From Ophelia neglecta (lineage: Eukaryota): DNA of 64,000 nucleotides. Below are positions 1 through 14,663 of this stretch, one piece after another; within the stretch, counting starts at the first letter, position 1; each line of letters opens with the position of its first letter. The notes under the pieces were generated by a model. It was not told the DNA's origin, did no database searches, and saw only the letters and a list, made by a program, of their open reading frames with translations. The position numbers and the translations under genes are program-made. Location: positions 7,130,001-7,194,000 of the forward strand of contig OZ260666.1 in assembly GCA_965285935.1 (NCBI GenBank), given 5' to 3'.

Positions 1-169
1 CTGTCATGGCTTCAGTTAATGCAGTCTGGCAGCCTGTGAAGGGGCGGACAGCCTTCCCCTCTGGGAGAGGTGTAGAAGACTTACTTCCTTCCCGGTGCTG
101 AAGCATACCTTCCTGGGAGATGGTCATGCAATCTCCCCAGCGCCCCACCGCCCTGGGAGGGCTCTGTTG

Positions 170-590
170 GGGAGGCCTGGCCGCCTTCCTTACTATGAGG
201 GGTCTGACAGCCTTCTTCCTGGGGTAGAGTTGGTCGCCTTCCTCCCGGGGATAGGCCTAGCACACTACCTCACTGTGAGAGGTGTGGCGGCCGTATCCCT
301 GGGGGAGAGTTGGTCGCCTTCCTCCCGGGGAGAGGCCTAGCAGCCTACCTCACTGTGAGGGGTCTGACAGCCTTCTTCCTGGGGTAGAGTTGGTCGCCTT
401 CCTCCCGGGGAGAGGCCTAGCAGACTACCTCACTGTGAGGGGTCTGGCGGCCTTCTCCCTGGGGGAGAGTTGGTCGCCTTCCTCCCGGGGAGAGGCCTAG
501 CAGACTTCTCCCTATGAGAGGTGTGGCGGCCGTGTCCCTGTGGGAGATCTTGCCGCCTTCTGCCTGGGGGAGAGTTGGCCGCCTACCTCT
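170..590. repeat. 80-bp minisatellite with alternating unit types
   Basis: agagttggtcgccttcctcccgggga recurs at 226, 306, 386, 466. Confidence 0.85.
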
Positions 591-1659
591 AGCCATTTGT
601 GGGACGAATGTACTTTTCAGGGCCCAATATAGAATCCAGTTTATGAAGATTTTAAGGCGTTGATTGATGTCTCTTCCGGACGCTGCTGTTCTCCGGGACA
701 TTGAACCCAAACCGCCATGGACGTCGTCAGTCTCCTGGCGCAGTGATCGCATGATCCTCGTGTTTTTGTTGAACAGGGTGAACAACATGCAAAATCTAAT
801 CAGCAATACCTTGTCAAATAACAGCTGGCGAGTTAGATGTAAGTTTAAATAGCTCAAATCATTTCATGTTACTTAATAAGTGGTGCTAGTTAGGAGGTTG
901 AGTTGAGGAGAGATTAAGAGAGGGTGGGGGGGGGGGGGATAGGGAGGTGGGATTGGGGTGTGTGTGTGTGAAAGCTGACATACTTTTCCAAAGATTCGCT
1001 ATTTTATGGAGCTAGTTTGAAACTCTCTGGTGAGTGATACTGACTTATAACGTGATCGCTGACATATTGGTTAACGGAAATAAGTGTCAGGCGTTACGGT
1101 GTAAACAGAATAGGTGGCAGGAGTGTCTGGGGACTTGCAGGCTGTAGGCTGGACATCCCCTAAGAGAAGAGATGGGAGCTTGGATTCCCATTCAAACTGC
1201 CTGGAACAATTTGTTGATGCCCCCCCCCCCCCCTTGTTACTTTTAACAGTCAGTGACTGGTCAGTTTGTCTCCCGATCGGCCTCCACCTCATAACGTCCA
1301 CTGACGTCGGTCACTCTCTTCCCTAGTTCCCACCTCCCACCATCTCCACCTCCTAACCACCAGTGACGGGTGTCACTGCCTCCCAGAGTCCTACACCTTC
1401 CCCCGACTAACTCCTACTTTTAACTGCGTGTAATCGGTGTCGCTGTTTCCCCGACGCAGCGACACAGCCCTTTGCCCCCCTCCCCCTCCCTCCTCTACCA
1501 CATACACCGCCGACACACATCCTTCCCCCGGTACTATGCAGTCCACCCCAAGCCTCTTCGACTCCTGGAAACCTTTAGACAGCCACACTTATGGACATAG
1601 TTCGGTTAGCATTCACCCCAGCTCGCTGCCTGTGACTTGTCAGATCTAGACACAGGTTT

Positions 1660-2296
1660 TGCGGTGCCTAATCAGCGGAGATTACAGCCATTCCTATAAC
1701 CAGCGCTCGCAGCGGTCCGCTCGCTCGCCAGAACATTGCGCGCGATCTTGGAAGAGGCTCTCCGCGCCGATATCACTTCACTGAGAAGCTCTCAGCAATG
1801 CCAGCGGCCGGTGGATTGTCTGACAGACGTATTGACCCGTTGTCCTGATAGAAGCCGGCTCACAGACCCCTGGACTCAGCCAAGCCTCGGCAGTGTTGAT
1901 GTATCAGAGAGATTACAAGGGTCTGTTTTAACTGTCCAAGCAGTCTGGCCGTGACCGCGATTGTTAGGTCTTAGAGTTCATAAACAGTGTCTATTACCAG
2001 ATTAGCTCAGATTGCTCTGGTTGCGGGCTGTAGCCGTGCCGAGTGAGTTGAGGCACAGTTTCCCGGTCAGATCCCATACCACGGAGATTAAGGATAGCGT
2101 GCCTTCTCTACGGGTGTGGACAAACGGACAGTGAGAGGGTACTATGGACTGTAAACATAGGCACTCCCGAAACTCTCATAGGCACTCCCCTAAGCGCTGT
2201 ATTCTCTGAGATATCACCGGACACATCTCTACCGGAGTGGGATAGCTTGTGAGAGCCTTGTGTGAGTGGGGCCGCAGGATCCTACCAAATCACCCT
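1660..2296 (+). other. Candidate non-coding 5' exon / CpG-rich promoter region
   Basis: CpG-dense non-repetitive stretch (cagcgctcgcagcggtccgctcgctcgcc...gcgcgcg) ending at a consensus donor CCT|GTAAGT at 2297; no in-frame ATG. Confidence 0.3.
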
Positions 2297-5200
2297 GTAA
2301 GTACCTCCCTTCTTGTCATACCACAGTCCCGGGTCCACAGTATTGGTAGCTTATGGAGATAATAAGTAACACCCATGTTTAAATTGTTGTTAGTAATAAT
2401 GCAGTTATTTCCAATTTGTAGTTCAGTGTACACAGTCTAAAAATGATAGGCTCAGATCATTGCCTAGCCATCCTTTTCCAAAGGCGAGTTCGTTTATCTT
2501 CTTATTATTATTCTAGTTGACAAGATGGCCGAGTTCTAGGCGTGCCGGGGCCTTATTTCCGCTGTCGGGTATACTGCCCTGCTTCGCATTTAAAACCAGT
2601 CGCTGGAAAGAGGGGTTGTGTCACATTAAAATGTTGATAAAATAGGTAAATTGCCAAATAGTCATCAATATTGTTGGTTCTGTACCCCCCACCACCCCCC
2701 CCCCCACCCCCACCCCTACAAGCGTGGTTTAGTTAAGGAGGTGGTGTGCCAAGACAGGTTATTTTACCTAAAATGTCTACCGCATGATCATCATATAAGT
2801 GGTTTTATTGACAGGTGGGCTGAGTATTAAGATGGTTCTCTCAGGGACGATTCTGTTTTTTTCAGTTTATATATTGCTCTAGGGACTGCTGTCCAACACT
2901 GTCGAACCCACTCTTAACTACTCCCTTACTGCCATCTAAATCAAACCACCCCATACCCCCTCTGGAAGGGACCCTACCACAAACCCTTAAGTGCCCCCTC
3001 CGGGCCCTCTAAATCCACGCACTCCAGACCACCCTGTGGGAGGGGACCAAGCAGCACCCTCTCATAACACCACTTATTACCAGTCCCTATCTCAAGACAA
3101 CGCTCCATTGGTAATGTCCATGGTGTATGGCACGATTACTGAGATCTTTTGTCTGGTTAAAGCGACGTTTTACTTGATCCTCTTGTCACTGATTGCTGGA
3201 AGTGGCCTGCAATACTTCAAACAAAGGCTCTCGGTGAGATCCATCAACCGATTAACGAGCCTGGGACATGTCTTTATCTTAACTACTACCCAGGGCTTGT
3301 TACTGGGATGTGCGATATGTCTATCTAACCACTTCCCGGGGTTTGTTACTGGGAAATTGGGTATGTCTTTATCTATCCATTTAATTGTCAAGATTGCTCA
3401 AGCATATTGCGAATGTGAAACAGTCTGAGAATCATGGAATTGCACATCCCTGGATCTGGGCTTTTATCTGCTTGATTTTGTTATTCTCGTCATAGATACA
3501 TGGCAACTTGGAAAAAACGGTGAAAACCCGGCAGCGAAAGCTAAAGAGCTAAATAAAGAAAAATCCATTAAGTCAAACTTGCCCTTCGACCTCCCTCCCC
3601 CTCCCCCTTATCCCCGGACACCGCTTTCCTACTCTCCTCTTTCCCCCATTTCTCTTGCCTCTGACTTCGCCACTCCTTCACACTCCACCCCTCCCTCCCC
3701 TCCTTCCCCTTCCCTCCTCCGACCTCGGCCTTCCTTCTCCTCCCCCCATATTTCTTTCCTTTTCTCATATCCTCTAAAATCTTCCCCCCAGCCATCCCCC
3801 ACCTCTCCTTCTTTCATCTCTTAAATCTGAACAGATCCTTCAAAGCCTGGTCCTTTTCTATTCCTGCCTGTACATCATAGCACTTTTCCTTTGGTTGTTG
3901 AACGGAAATATTCTATTATAAAAATGAGTCCTCTCTGAGCTACCAATTGATCTATCTCTTATATATTCCAGAGATTCAGAGCCTTTGGTAAAAAAAAGCA
4001 CATGATAACATCCAGGGATATCTTTTTAGGTGGAAAACATCTATAATTCTTATAAATCTAGGCCTCAGATGTTGTGTCTTTTACTATGCAGCTGGTTTCT
4101 TTAGTTTAACCAGCTTTGCTAATGTGTACAGCTAGGGGCGAATTACGTGGTCGAGACACCAAATGGTGAAGGGGGGGGGGGGTTCTTTGGGGTTGATAGG
4201 ATTGGGAGGAGGTATGTGAGTGGTGTTGCTGGTGGGGTCGCGGTAGTAGTGCAGGTGGGGGGTTAAAGGGTAAGGGGGTGCTGGTGACAGTGGTGGGATA
4301 GTCCCCTCAAAGAGGGATGTCTGGGGGTGAGGGTGTTTGTGACTGGTGTCTCCTCTTGGAAGGTGGTCTGTCACCTTAGGGCACATTCGGCAATATATTT
4401 GACCTAGTTAGGGCATTTATTATATGAGAAACTATTGGTCATAGTTTGGTCATCATAAAAACGAGAGGTCAGGTAATCTAGCTAAAATTGCAACCATTGA
4501 GATTGACCCCTTTGGCTTGTTGTTGGAAATGCCCCTCCTTCATCCGCCCTTGACGCACAGGTCCGGTTTCCCACATTGCCTGCGCCCCAAGAATAGCCTT
4601 CAATGCAGGCAACAAACACCAAACACACCTGATGTGAAGCCCATCCATACACTACTTTGGCCTGTTTTTCTCCTTCCAGTAATTGATGAGATCATGATTC
4701 AAGATTCCTGTCATGTTCATATCCATCTCATAATATCAACTTCATCAGTCTTAGATGTAAAAAGGCTCGGGACGCCATTTTGATATATGTGTTGCAAAAA
4801 ACTAAGACACATAATTCTGCAATGTTATCTTCCTGAATTCTGGCTATTTTTTTATACCCGATACAGTTTATGCTCCACTTTGTATCATACATTGGTGCTA
4901 TTTCCCACGTGTCAAAAATGTGGAATTTTAGATGTTTGACTATGAATTGCCCCTGGCCGCTAAATTATAATCTATAGTCTTTGTACCTGTCAGATTGATA
5001 GGAACACAACATCAGGACTGAGGTAAGAGCCTCAGAGTAATCCCGTCTCTGGTGAATTAACAAAAGGCAGCCTTTTATTGAGACTTTGATATAACTTAAT
5101 ATCGGAGCTGTAATTGTGTATCCCGCTAGGGAGATTAAATAAATACCAATTTGGATAAAATTGGGCAAAATTTACACCAGGTATATATATATAATCCCAT

Positions 5201-5519
5201 TCAGCAGAATTCCCAATTGTATTTCTGTCTTTTTCTCAGAAGAAAACCGCACTTTCCCAATTTCTCTAAATCATTTTAAGCTTTTATTTTTATTTCTTAG
5301 TTTTGTCCTTTCGCGTGTTTGAACTCACTCTCTGTCTTGACATGTGTTTTTGAGATCATTATCTGTCCTGACATGTGTTTAATTCATCCTCCTGACGTGT
5401 GTACGTCATATACATATACGTGCCGGGGAAAACAGGGTTAATGCCAAATACACAACGGGGCCCTGGGACACAATGTTAAAAAGCATACAAATAATGGGGT
5501 CATGAAAAAACGGTTTACT

Positions 5520-5768
5520 TTCAAATACATAACGGGGAGCTTGAACAGAAGGTTAAGGGTCATATACATAAGGGGCCCATGAACACACCCTGATGTTTTA
5601 TACATAACAGGCTTCAGAAAACACCCTGATGTTACATACATAACGGGGCCCAGGAACACACCCTGATGTTATATACATAACGGGGCCCAGGAACACACCC
5701 TGATGTTATATACATAACGGGGCCAATGAACATACTTTGATATTATATACATAACGGGGCCCAGGAAT
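5520..5768. repeat. 37-bp minisatellite
   Basis: ATACATAACGGGGCCCAGGAACACACCCTGATGTTAT, about 6 copies. Confidence 0.85.
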
Positions 5769-8259
5769 GTTTGATACTCAGGTGTAATATGAAAACTGAA
5801 AGTCTAATCGCTACCTAGTTGTATAAAATGACAGGTGAAAAATGTGAGGGTGAAAATATAGGTAGAGCTATTCAACTCTACCTCTTCGAGTTATACACTC
5901 AGGTGTCGTCATGGAATGTTATTGTATGCATGTAATCCGGAAACACCTGAACGCGATTTGAAAAGATTACTGTATTACAAATAATACTCGGGACAGGACG
6001 TTTATTGTTATCATATATAACCATACATTTATTCAACCTGAACTGTCGTTGCTTAGTCAGGCTAGATATGGTCTTTTGTAGAATGTACGGCTAGGTAGAT
6101 ATGTCATATTCAAGAAAATATCCTGATTTACGGTAAAACGCAATAACCGGAGATTGCTAAAAATGCAAGGGATGTATTATATGTTAGGTGAAATAAGTAA
6201 ACTGATTGGTCATGTATAAAAGGGAAATGTGCGGGCTTGGGTTGCCTTGAATCCCTATTGGTTTTAGACCTGCAAAATGTCACCTCACCAGCTGGACGGA
6301 TCACCATATGAGTGTAAACATGAATATTAGGAAATAACAGATATTCCATTTGTAAATGGTGAAATTGCCAATGCTATAGAAGTACTCAGTGCTGCTGGTA
6401 ACTCTGCTCAATGATCAAATCATGTCTACAATTTAGTTGCAAGGCGAACCAAGTGTGTTTAAAGCGTAGTGATTGATTGATTGTTAAGAGTGATTAGCAG
6501 AATGATTGATTGATTGTTATAGTGACTGGTTGATTGACTAATGGGGCCTGTCGGAGATACTGAAAATGCTAATTAACCGCCACATTTTTCAAATTAAAGT
6601 CTAACTGCAATGAAAAGAAATGGCAGTCAGGATGAGGATTGTAGGGCAACTTTTAGCTTTGCATGGGAATTTAACACAGGGAATTTAATTCACTTGGATT
6701 TTCTTCGTGCCTTTTATATTACCTTAAACAACTATATAATGGATGGTTAATGGATAAAAGAATATTCCAAACATGCTACTTTATTTTTGGTCCGAAGCTG
6801 TGGTGTGGGGAAGCAGTGGACCAAGGGTTGGGCTGGTTGGGCGTGAAGATATGTGGCATTGGGGAGGAAGGGAGAAGGGCCAGGGGTTTGTGTGTCTAGA
6901 GCCACAAGCAGGCCTTGTTGTAGTAGGTCTATTTCTACTGAAAGATCTCAGGATGAAGACTCCTGCATATATAAACATACCTTTACCGTGGGTATAATCA
7001 TATAAGGATTCATATAACATTTAATAAACTGTTACCTGTGTTGTTGTTACCTTTGTATATTACAGCTTAACTCGCACACAGATAATCCAATATGAGCTAT
7101 GTATATCATTTCACATGTATGCAATCTTGGCTTGCTCTTGGGATTGTACAGAGCCTGGAGGCTTAAGGCCTCATTGGGAGGGGCTGGGGTGACAGCTTGG
7201 CGGGGGCGGGGGGATTGGGGAAGGAGGGGCAGGGGCAGACTCCTTACCTAGGTGGAGAAGGACGAGAACTTGATTGGACAAGGGGTTTGGGCCATGATTC
7301 TAGAGACCATCTTGTAGATATGATATGGGAGTCCCGTCCATCTGGAAGGCAACTTGCATCCTCAGCTCTTACCAAGCCAGAGCTCTAGCACAGTTGGTAA
7401 GAAGAGGGGAGGGGGGGGGGGTGGTCTTTGTACTATAAATTGCTGGTCCCATTGTTGGAACATGCCATTTTAGGCCCTAAACCTTTACTAGTACGGGCGG
7501 ACATTCCAAATCCAGTAAGCAAGTAGACCTCCCCTCAGGGAAAGAAAACCCATGCCGTATTATGTAAGCAGCCCTAGACCCCAGAGTCCCCGTCTGGTTG
7601 GAACAGTCATACGAAACGCTTTAAGCTAGGGCCCCTCTTCATAGCCCCAGACCCCCCATCCCCCCTAGCTGTGGTAACTTACACCACACCCTGTTATTGT
7701 GTGCACATTTTGCGATAATGCCGAGATTCATAAATGATTCCTGCTGGCCAAAATGGCCCAATTTACCCTAATTGGAGCAGGTGGCGTAATGAGGATGACA
7801 TAATTGGGGATTTGTTACACGGACTTATTTGGAAGGCGTTATCCGTTAGAGCTAGGAGGTGTTATTCCAGTTAATTGGGGAGATGTTTCACCTGTGTTAG
7901 AACGTGTTATTACAGTATATTGGAGGAGGTGTTACACCACAGAGTTAGCTTATGTCATCCCAGTTTATGGGGTGGTGGTGTCCGGCAGAGGTAGAAAGTG
8001 TTATCCTTGTTAACAAGGGAGATGTTAATCTTACAAGTGGGAGACATTACATACTGCTGTAGCCAGCAATCTCTCACCTCTAAGATTGATTGCAAGAGAA
8101 GACACAGTGGTCAGCCAAAGTTGGGAGCACCACTTTCATTAATTTTGTACGTTAACTGGCCTTCTTTTCTGCCTGTAACGTCGAAAAAGGAAAAGGAGAA
8201 AGAGGGATGCTTTAAATGTGTAATTTGTCATTGTAGTCTGATGCCATATGGTTTATGAT

Positions 8260-8845
8260 GATGATGTCTATTCTCATTCTGTCACCTGGGCCTTCTATAC
8301 CCCCCCCCCCCCCCCCAACACACACTCAAGCACCCTCCTCCCCTTCTCCTTTACATCTCCTTCCTTGTCCACCCTAATCCCTCATCCCCTCCCCCTTCAC
8401 ATCTCCTTCGTTTTCCCCTTTCCCTGCGTAAAGAACGTCCTGACTCTTGACCCTGTCATATGATCATGTCTATCCTCATTCCGAAGCATCTCTCCCCCCC
8501 GCCCCACCTCCCATCACCGCCACCACCGCACATACGATCGCTCTTTTCCTCCTGTCAACATTCCTTCCTTGCCACCTACCACCCAAACCCCCCCCCCCCC
8601 CCCTCACCCGCCTGTCCGGGTGTTGAATCCCCTGACTATTGACCAGGTCAAACGATCATGTCTATTCTAATTCCCTGAGAATCTCTCTTACGACCCCCCC
8701 CCCCCCCCCCCGTCACCGCCGTCACACGATCCCTCTTCCACTCCTCTCAACATTTCCTTCCTTGTCTACCCCCATCAACTCCCACCCACCCCCGCCGGGT
8801 GTTGAATCCCCTGACTATTGACCAGGTCATATGATCATGTCTATT
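8260..8845. repeat. ~190-bp tandem repeat containing poly-C
   Basis: gatcatgtcta...Cn...gggtgttgaatcccctgactattgaccaggtca, about 3 copies. Confidence 0.75.
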
Positions 8846-10344
8846 GTCCCCAACCACTGTTGACATACCAGTTGCATAAAGTACAGTGTGTGACGAGGCG
8901 TGAACATGATTGCCCGGCGCTATTTACATCATGTGATTACTGCTAATAGCTAGCCACTCCCGCTTTGTTCGCTGTGTTTACATGGGAGGTGCCAGAGGGC
9001 TGGTCAGACCACAGATCAGGTTTTCTCTGAGTTTTAGGTCATGTTCCCCCCTTGTTCGTACTGTATTGGCCCTATTAACTGGCACGCCCTGTTTGTTTGA
9101 TAGCTGATCACTCCCATTTTGTTTGATTAGTTGACATAGTAACTGCCTGTGGAGCTGGTCAGTGCAGCCCGTTTATTGATTAAGCCTTGCTTGGCAGACA
9201 TGGTTCTTGTTCTATGGCCATTTACCAGCTGTGTACATTGTACACAGCCTGGGACGGCTATTGATTAAGACAATGATGGGCTATTGTGGCCCAACATTAC
9301 CAGAGAGCTCTGTGGAATGTGGTATGGGTGTGTCCAGGGACCAGATAGACTAACCAGAGCTGTGTTGTCCGTGGAAGAGGGTGTGGGCCTGTCTGTGGTG
9401 TCCAGGGACCAGATAGTCTGACCAACAGGAACTTAGTGGTCAGTTGAATGTGGTATGAGCCTGTCTGGCTCCCAATATTTCCCACATTTGCGCCGGATCC
9501 TGGCCCTTTGCTCTTTTATTGTGCTATCGGCCCTTCAGCCAATATCCCCCACTAGCAATATACTGCCTGACCACATTAATTTTACCCAATGCCCATATTC
9601 CCCTGACCTTGTGGGCCTGACGTTTGCACTTGAACCCATATGGAACTCTTGACCCCGTGAATGGGTGCCGCCTGTTGAGAATACAGTATCATATAGCCTG
9701 TGACAGCCTGTGGTAAGTCCACAAACTCTGGAACAACCCCCCCCCCCCCGCCCCGCCGCCCTGAGGTAACTAAGTTGCTGCATAGTGCCCTAATGTGCTC
9801 GTCATGTGTTCATCATGTGTTCGCTCGTCATGTGTTCGCTCGGCATGTGCTGAGCTCGACAAATGCTGCAGGGTATCCGACATTTGCCGTGAGCTGTCAG
9901 GCTGCTCCCTCTCAGGTTCAATGGCCTCCTTCCTCGGCCCATTATCTCGTACTAGGTCTGATTGCCCAGTCGCTGACAGACAGATCACATTGGCGTTAAT
10001 AGTGTTTGCAATGACTGTTCAAGGTCGCTATAGTCTCTTAGTGAATAGCAATCTGGAGAAAATGAAAGTCCAGGAGCGGCTGAGCGGTACGACCACATGT
10101 CTAGTCATGCCATTCACTACATCTGCGTTTATACATTTATGTATCCTCCCCAGTTATTTTCCCTCGCATATATATTTCTTTACACATTTCCTCACACATA
10201 ATTCCTCGAATAGTTGTGTACGTATTTTCTCACTTTTTTCTCACATTTATTTCATCACATATTTTCTCACACATTGCCTCGCGTAGTGTCCCTCGTGTTT
10301 CCTTATAGATAACTTCTTACATAGTTTCTTATATATTTCCCCAG

Positions 10345-10800
10345 AAATACCTGAAAGATTTCCTGGGGTATACCAGGGATCCCTGAAAACCTTCCTGGGG
10401 TATACTAGAGGTCACTGAAAGCCTTCCTGGGGCTGGGGCATATTAATGTTCCCTGAAAGCCTTCTAGGGGCATTCCTTAGTTCCCTAAAAGCCTTCCTGA
10501 GGTATACTGGGGTCCCTGAAAGCCTTCTTGGGGTATACTAGGGGTCCCTGAAAACCTTCCTTTGGTATACTAGAGGTCACTGAAAGTCTTCCTGGGGCAT
10601 ATTAAGGTTCCCTGAAAGCCTTCTAGGGGCATTCCATGGTTCCCTGAAAGCATTCCTGGGGTATACTAGGGGTCCCTGAAAGCCTTCCTGGGGTATACTA
10701 GGAGTCCCTGAAAGACTTCCTAGCCATTCTATGGTTCCCTGTAAACCTTCCTGGGGCGTACCAGGGTACCCTGAAAGCCTTCTTGTGGCATTTTCCAGGG
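10345..10800. repeat. ~32-bp minisatellite
   Basis: gtccctgaaagccttcctggggtatactaggg, about 14 degenerate copies. Confidence 0.85.
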
Positions 10801-12969
10801 GCAAATGACAAACCTGAGACAGACCTTTAGAATTAAATCTTTAATATATTAAGAAATATTACCTCTTAGCTCTGACCAAAGACTGTTCTTGTTAGGGCCG
10901 ATGGAGCATATACATCAAATCTGATTGGCAAATTGTAGCTCACCCCCTTCCCTAGTCTTGGCTTGGCTGTTCGCCTTTAAGACTTTTCTCTCAGCCCCTT
11001 AGTGTTGCCAAATCTCCGAAGCCCTTCAAACAGTCTGTATTGATGAGAGGCTGTGAAATAAATGATGCATGTAAAAAATGTTGCTTTTATTTTTGCCAAT
11101 TACAGTATTTGCACTGTGGCTACAGTCAGTCATTCCCTGTCTAATCTCGCCGTAATAGCACGCTAACTAAACTCTGACTAAATTAAGGGACTCCTGTACA
11201 CCATGTTAACCTGTCCATATTTAAGCTTCATGTGAAAAGGCCAGACTCAATAGGAAACCATTTACTTTAATTATAAATGGCATTTTCAAAAAGACTAAGT
11301 ATTGTCTTTGACGGGAAAGCATGAGTAACCTGCGGTTTGTAGCAGTAAAACGGGAGTGGATACCCGGCGGACAAAGCCATATCATTAGTCGAGAATAGTC
11401 CGCTAGATCTCTCCTAAAATCATCAGGAACCAGCGGCTACAGCCTCACACACATCAATAAAAAATATCTCTGGCTCCCAACTAGTAAATAAACATAATAT
11501 TGATCTCACTTGCATTGAGAGAAGTATTCTCTAGTTTTCCATGATATGGGTCAGAACACGAAACAAACGCGTCAGTGTTCTCCGCTGTGAGGTTGAGGTC
11601 GGACTTTCGCCCTCCCCGTACATGATTGATAGGGATTACCATGCAATCAGCCTTCTGGAAAAAAGTACTAGGGGCCTTTAGGAGAGAGGGTTAGGGGGAT
11701 GTAACCTCCTAAGAGGGTTAGCTAGGGATCTCTTAAACCGCGATTACCCTGGTTTAGCCTCCAGGAGAGGGGGCTAGGGGACTTGAAGAGAGAGGGTTAG
11801 AGGCCTTCAGGAGACATTACTAGGGACCATCAGAAGAGAGTGCTGGAGGATGCGCATTAAACTGAAACATTTCCTGCTAGAGTAGATACTTGGTTATAGT
11901 AGTGAACCACCCCTCCCCTCACTCGAAGTTAATTTTCACAATCCCATTTGGCCTCCACCCATGTGAGATCCTCACACTTGCCCTGCCTTAAGGCAGTCTA
12001 CTTCAGTTTTTTGCAAAAAGGTTTTTTCATTTTTGGTACCGGTTCTCAAGGTAAGATGACTTTTTGCCAAGAAAAGATTTGCCTTGGAGGTTCTCTCGGA
12101 TGCAATGTTTTCTGTATTGGCCTTGGATTTTGCTTTGGGTTTTGTAGACATAATAAAACTGGAGGTTTTTATGAACATCAAATGCCACGAGTCTGTTGGA
12201 TATTTTTAGATGTGGGATGAGTGCCTTCTCCCACAAGGGATGGAGTAACCCGACCCCAAGCCAACTAGGGGGGGGGGGGGGAGGCACACTCGCCAGAAAC
12301 CCTGGATACACACTCTGGTGTTTACTGTTATGTTTAAACCTCGGAGCCATATTTGATAACAACGATACTAAGTTTTAATAACTGCGAGCCTCTTCAATAT
12401 TCTCTCTGGGTCTCCGAATATTTTTCTCAATAGCCGCAATGGTTATCCAATTATCCCCTGCGGTATGATTGACCTGAGCAGTAATGCGTACGGACATCAC
12501 AGCTAAATGTTATTACGCTCGGGACATCAACGTGCGTTACTGTATGGTCCTTGATGCTGTAGAGTTCAATCTGGAGCCTTAGGACGGAATTGATAGCTCT
12601 GGGACAGACATGAACAATACTCCAGGACAGACATGAACAGCGCGTTATGGCAGAAATGAACAGCGTTCTACGACAGAAATTATGTCATGATTGGAGGGGA
12701 GGTGCGGTTAAGTGAAGAGGATGGGGGGGGGGAGGGGGCTTAGAGGAGTAAGCTTTGAAATGATGGTTGAGTGGTGGTATTAACTTTGCAGGATGGGGTG
12801 GGGGTGTAGTGAGTGGAAGGAGGCTGACCACAGAGAGGAAGGGGAAACCCGCAATGGAGGGTCTTCCCTCTTCTACATGTACACCCACCAGTCCTTAAAC
12901 GAAACGAACCTCATGTAACTATATTTTACCTGCATATGATTTCTCTGTTATAGAAGACAGAATCATTTC

Positions 12970-13460
12970 ATACCTCTTGTGGCTGATACAGGCACCATCT
13001 GTTCGTTTAAAGGGGCGTCACGCCATAACCCTTGTGGCTGATACAGGTATTATTTGGTGACCTATATTGGTATTACCTCTCAACCTATACCTCTGGTGGC
13101 TGATACCAGTACCATCTGGTGACTTATACAGTTACTACATATCACCCCATACACCGAGTGGCTGATACAGGTACCATCTGGTGACTGATGTAGGTACTTG
13201 ATATCACCCCATTCCTCTGATGGTTGATACAGGTACCATTTGGTGACTAATATTGGTATTACCTATAAGCAATACACCGAGTGTCTGTTACAGGTACACT
13301 CTGGTGACTTATAGAGTTACTACATGTCACCCCATACATCTGGTTGCTGATACAGGTACACTCTGTTGACTTATACAGTTACTACATATCACCCCATACC
13401 TCTGGTGGCTGATACAGGTACAATCTGTTGGTTTATAAAGGCCCTACCTATCACCCCGGA
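12970..13460. repeat. ~62-bp minisatellite
   Basis: ggctgatacaggtaccatctggtgacttatacagttactacatatcacccca, about 8 copies. Confidence 0.85.
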
Positions 13461-14127
13461 CTCCCCGACAACCAGGTGTTGGTGACGAGCCAAGAAGCCG
13501 TGTTTCTGTACACATGGCTCAACCTCCACATAATTCTCCATCCTTTGATTAATTATTTACTCCGGACTCAGCTTTTACGGCCACCAAACATGCTCAAAGT
13601 ATGATATATTTCTAGACTGTCACCTGAGAATGGCTTTGCCAAGGGTGTCTCTAATCATCCTCATTACGGCCCAACTCGAAGCTTTCGGGAAAGTCCTTAA
13701 ATTTAAAATGTACAAAAAAGCCCCAATGCTATGAGTTAGACCATATGAACCTGGCATACGGTTTGGTACAGCTGTCTAGCTACTTGTGTGTATGTGCACG
13801 GACGTCAACAAGATGGTAACGGCCACTATCTACTTCCACCACTCCTAGCCATCCCCACCCTCCCACACAAACACACAATAACCTGTTTTATTTCTGCCAT
13901 GACTCCCACAGACTTCATGAATAAATAAAGCTATTTCCATTACCAACCAAATAAACAACTAGCCTTTTTGCAAACAGGTTTTTTTTTTCAATAACGAGGC
14001 ATCAGGTGCCAAGTAGATGGGCAGATTCCTAGCGGCACGTCACCGTAGCTTGGCTAATCACAAAAAACCGTGCAGTCAGGGCTTCGTAATGTGGACAAAA
14101 TAGAATAATTAATTTGGGAAGACTTTG

Positions 14128-14169
14128 ATGAGTACCCCATTGGGATTGCTCCGACGACAATTAATGGAG
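14128..14169 (+). CDS. Weaker candidate first exon MSTPLGLLRRQLME
   Basis: 14 codons to a phase-0 donor GAG|GTGAGA, 449 nt upstream of the 14619 acceptor. Confidence 0.25.
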
Positions 14170-14618
14170 GTGAGAGAACGCCACGAACTCCGTGTGGTGT
14201 AAGGTCTATGTAAGGTCTATGCTATTATATAGTAACAAGTAGTTTGCCGTGCTATAAAAGAAACGATTTTAACCTGTCACGTGCATTTTCACTTATATAA
14301 ACCTGCACTTGTAGGCCTGCGCCGGTAATTGTTTTTAGTAAAATGGAGCACTCATGAAACTTGTGCCACGCTGGCTGTTTTTCCGATTCAGACTACAAAC
14401 CTATTTTGATATGCTGTAATATTTGGTCGATATTCAGTGTCATTGCTATCAGCTGGATCTATTGTAAACCTCCGCCTGCATATATCCCCACAATCTAGGT
14501 CATTATTTTGAGGGTATACGGGCGTTAGCCTGGTGCACCTGACTGTCGATATGGGTGAAGCCTGAATTTTCTCCTCCACTCCTTCCACGGTACATTGTTC
14601 ATTTCCGTTGTTTTCCAG

Positions 14619-14663
14619 GAAATGGATGTAGGCGTTACCCTCAAACGGGGGCTGATAGAGTTT
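14619..14663 (+). CDS. Candidate 45-nt exon (E)MDVGVTLKRGLIEF
   Basis: Strong acceptor ttcatttccgttgttttccag and donor GTGAGT, phase 0-0, open frame, gaaATGg at 14622. Confidence 0.45.
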
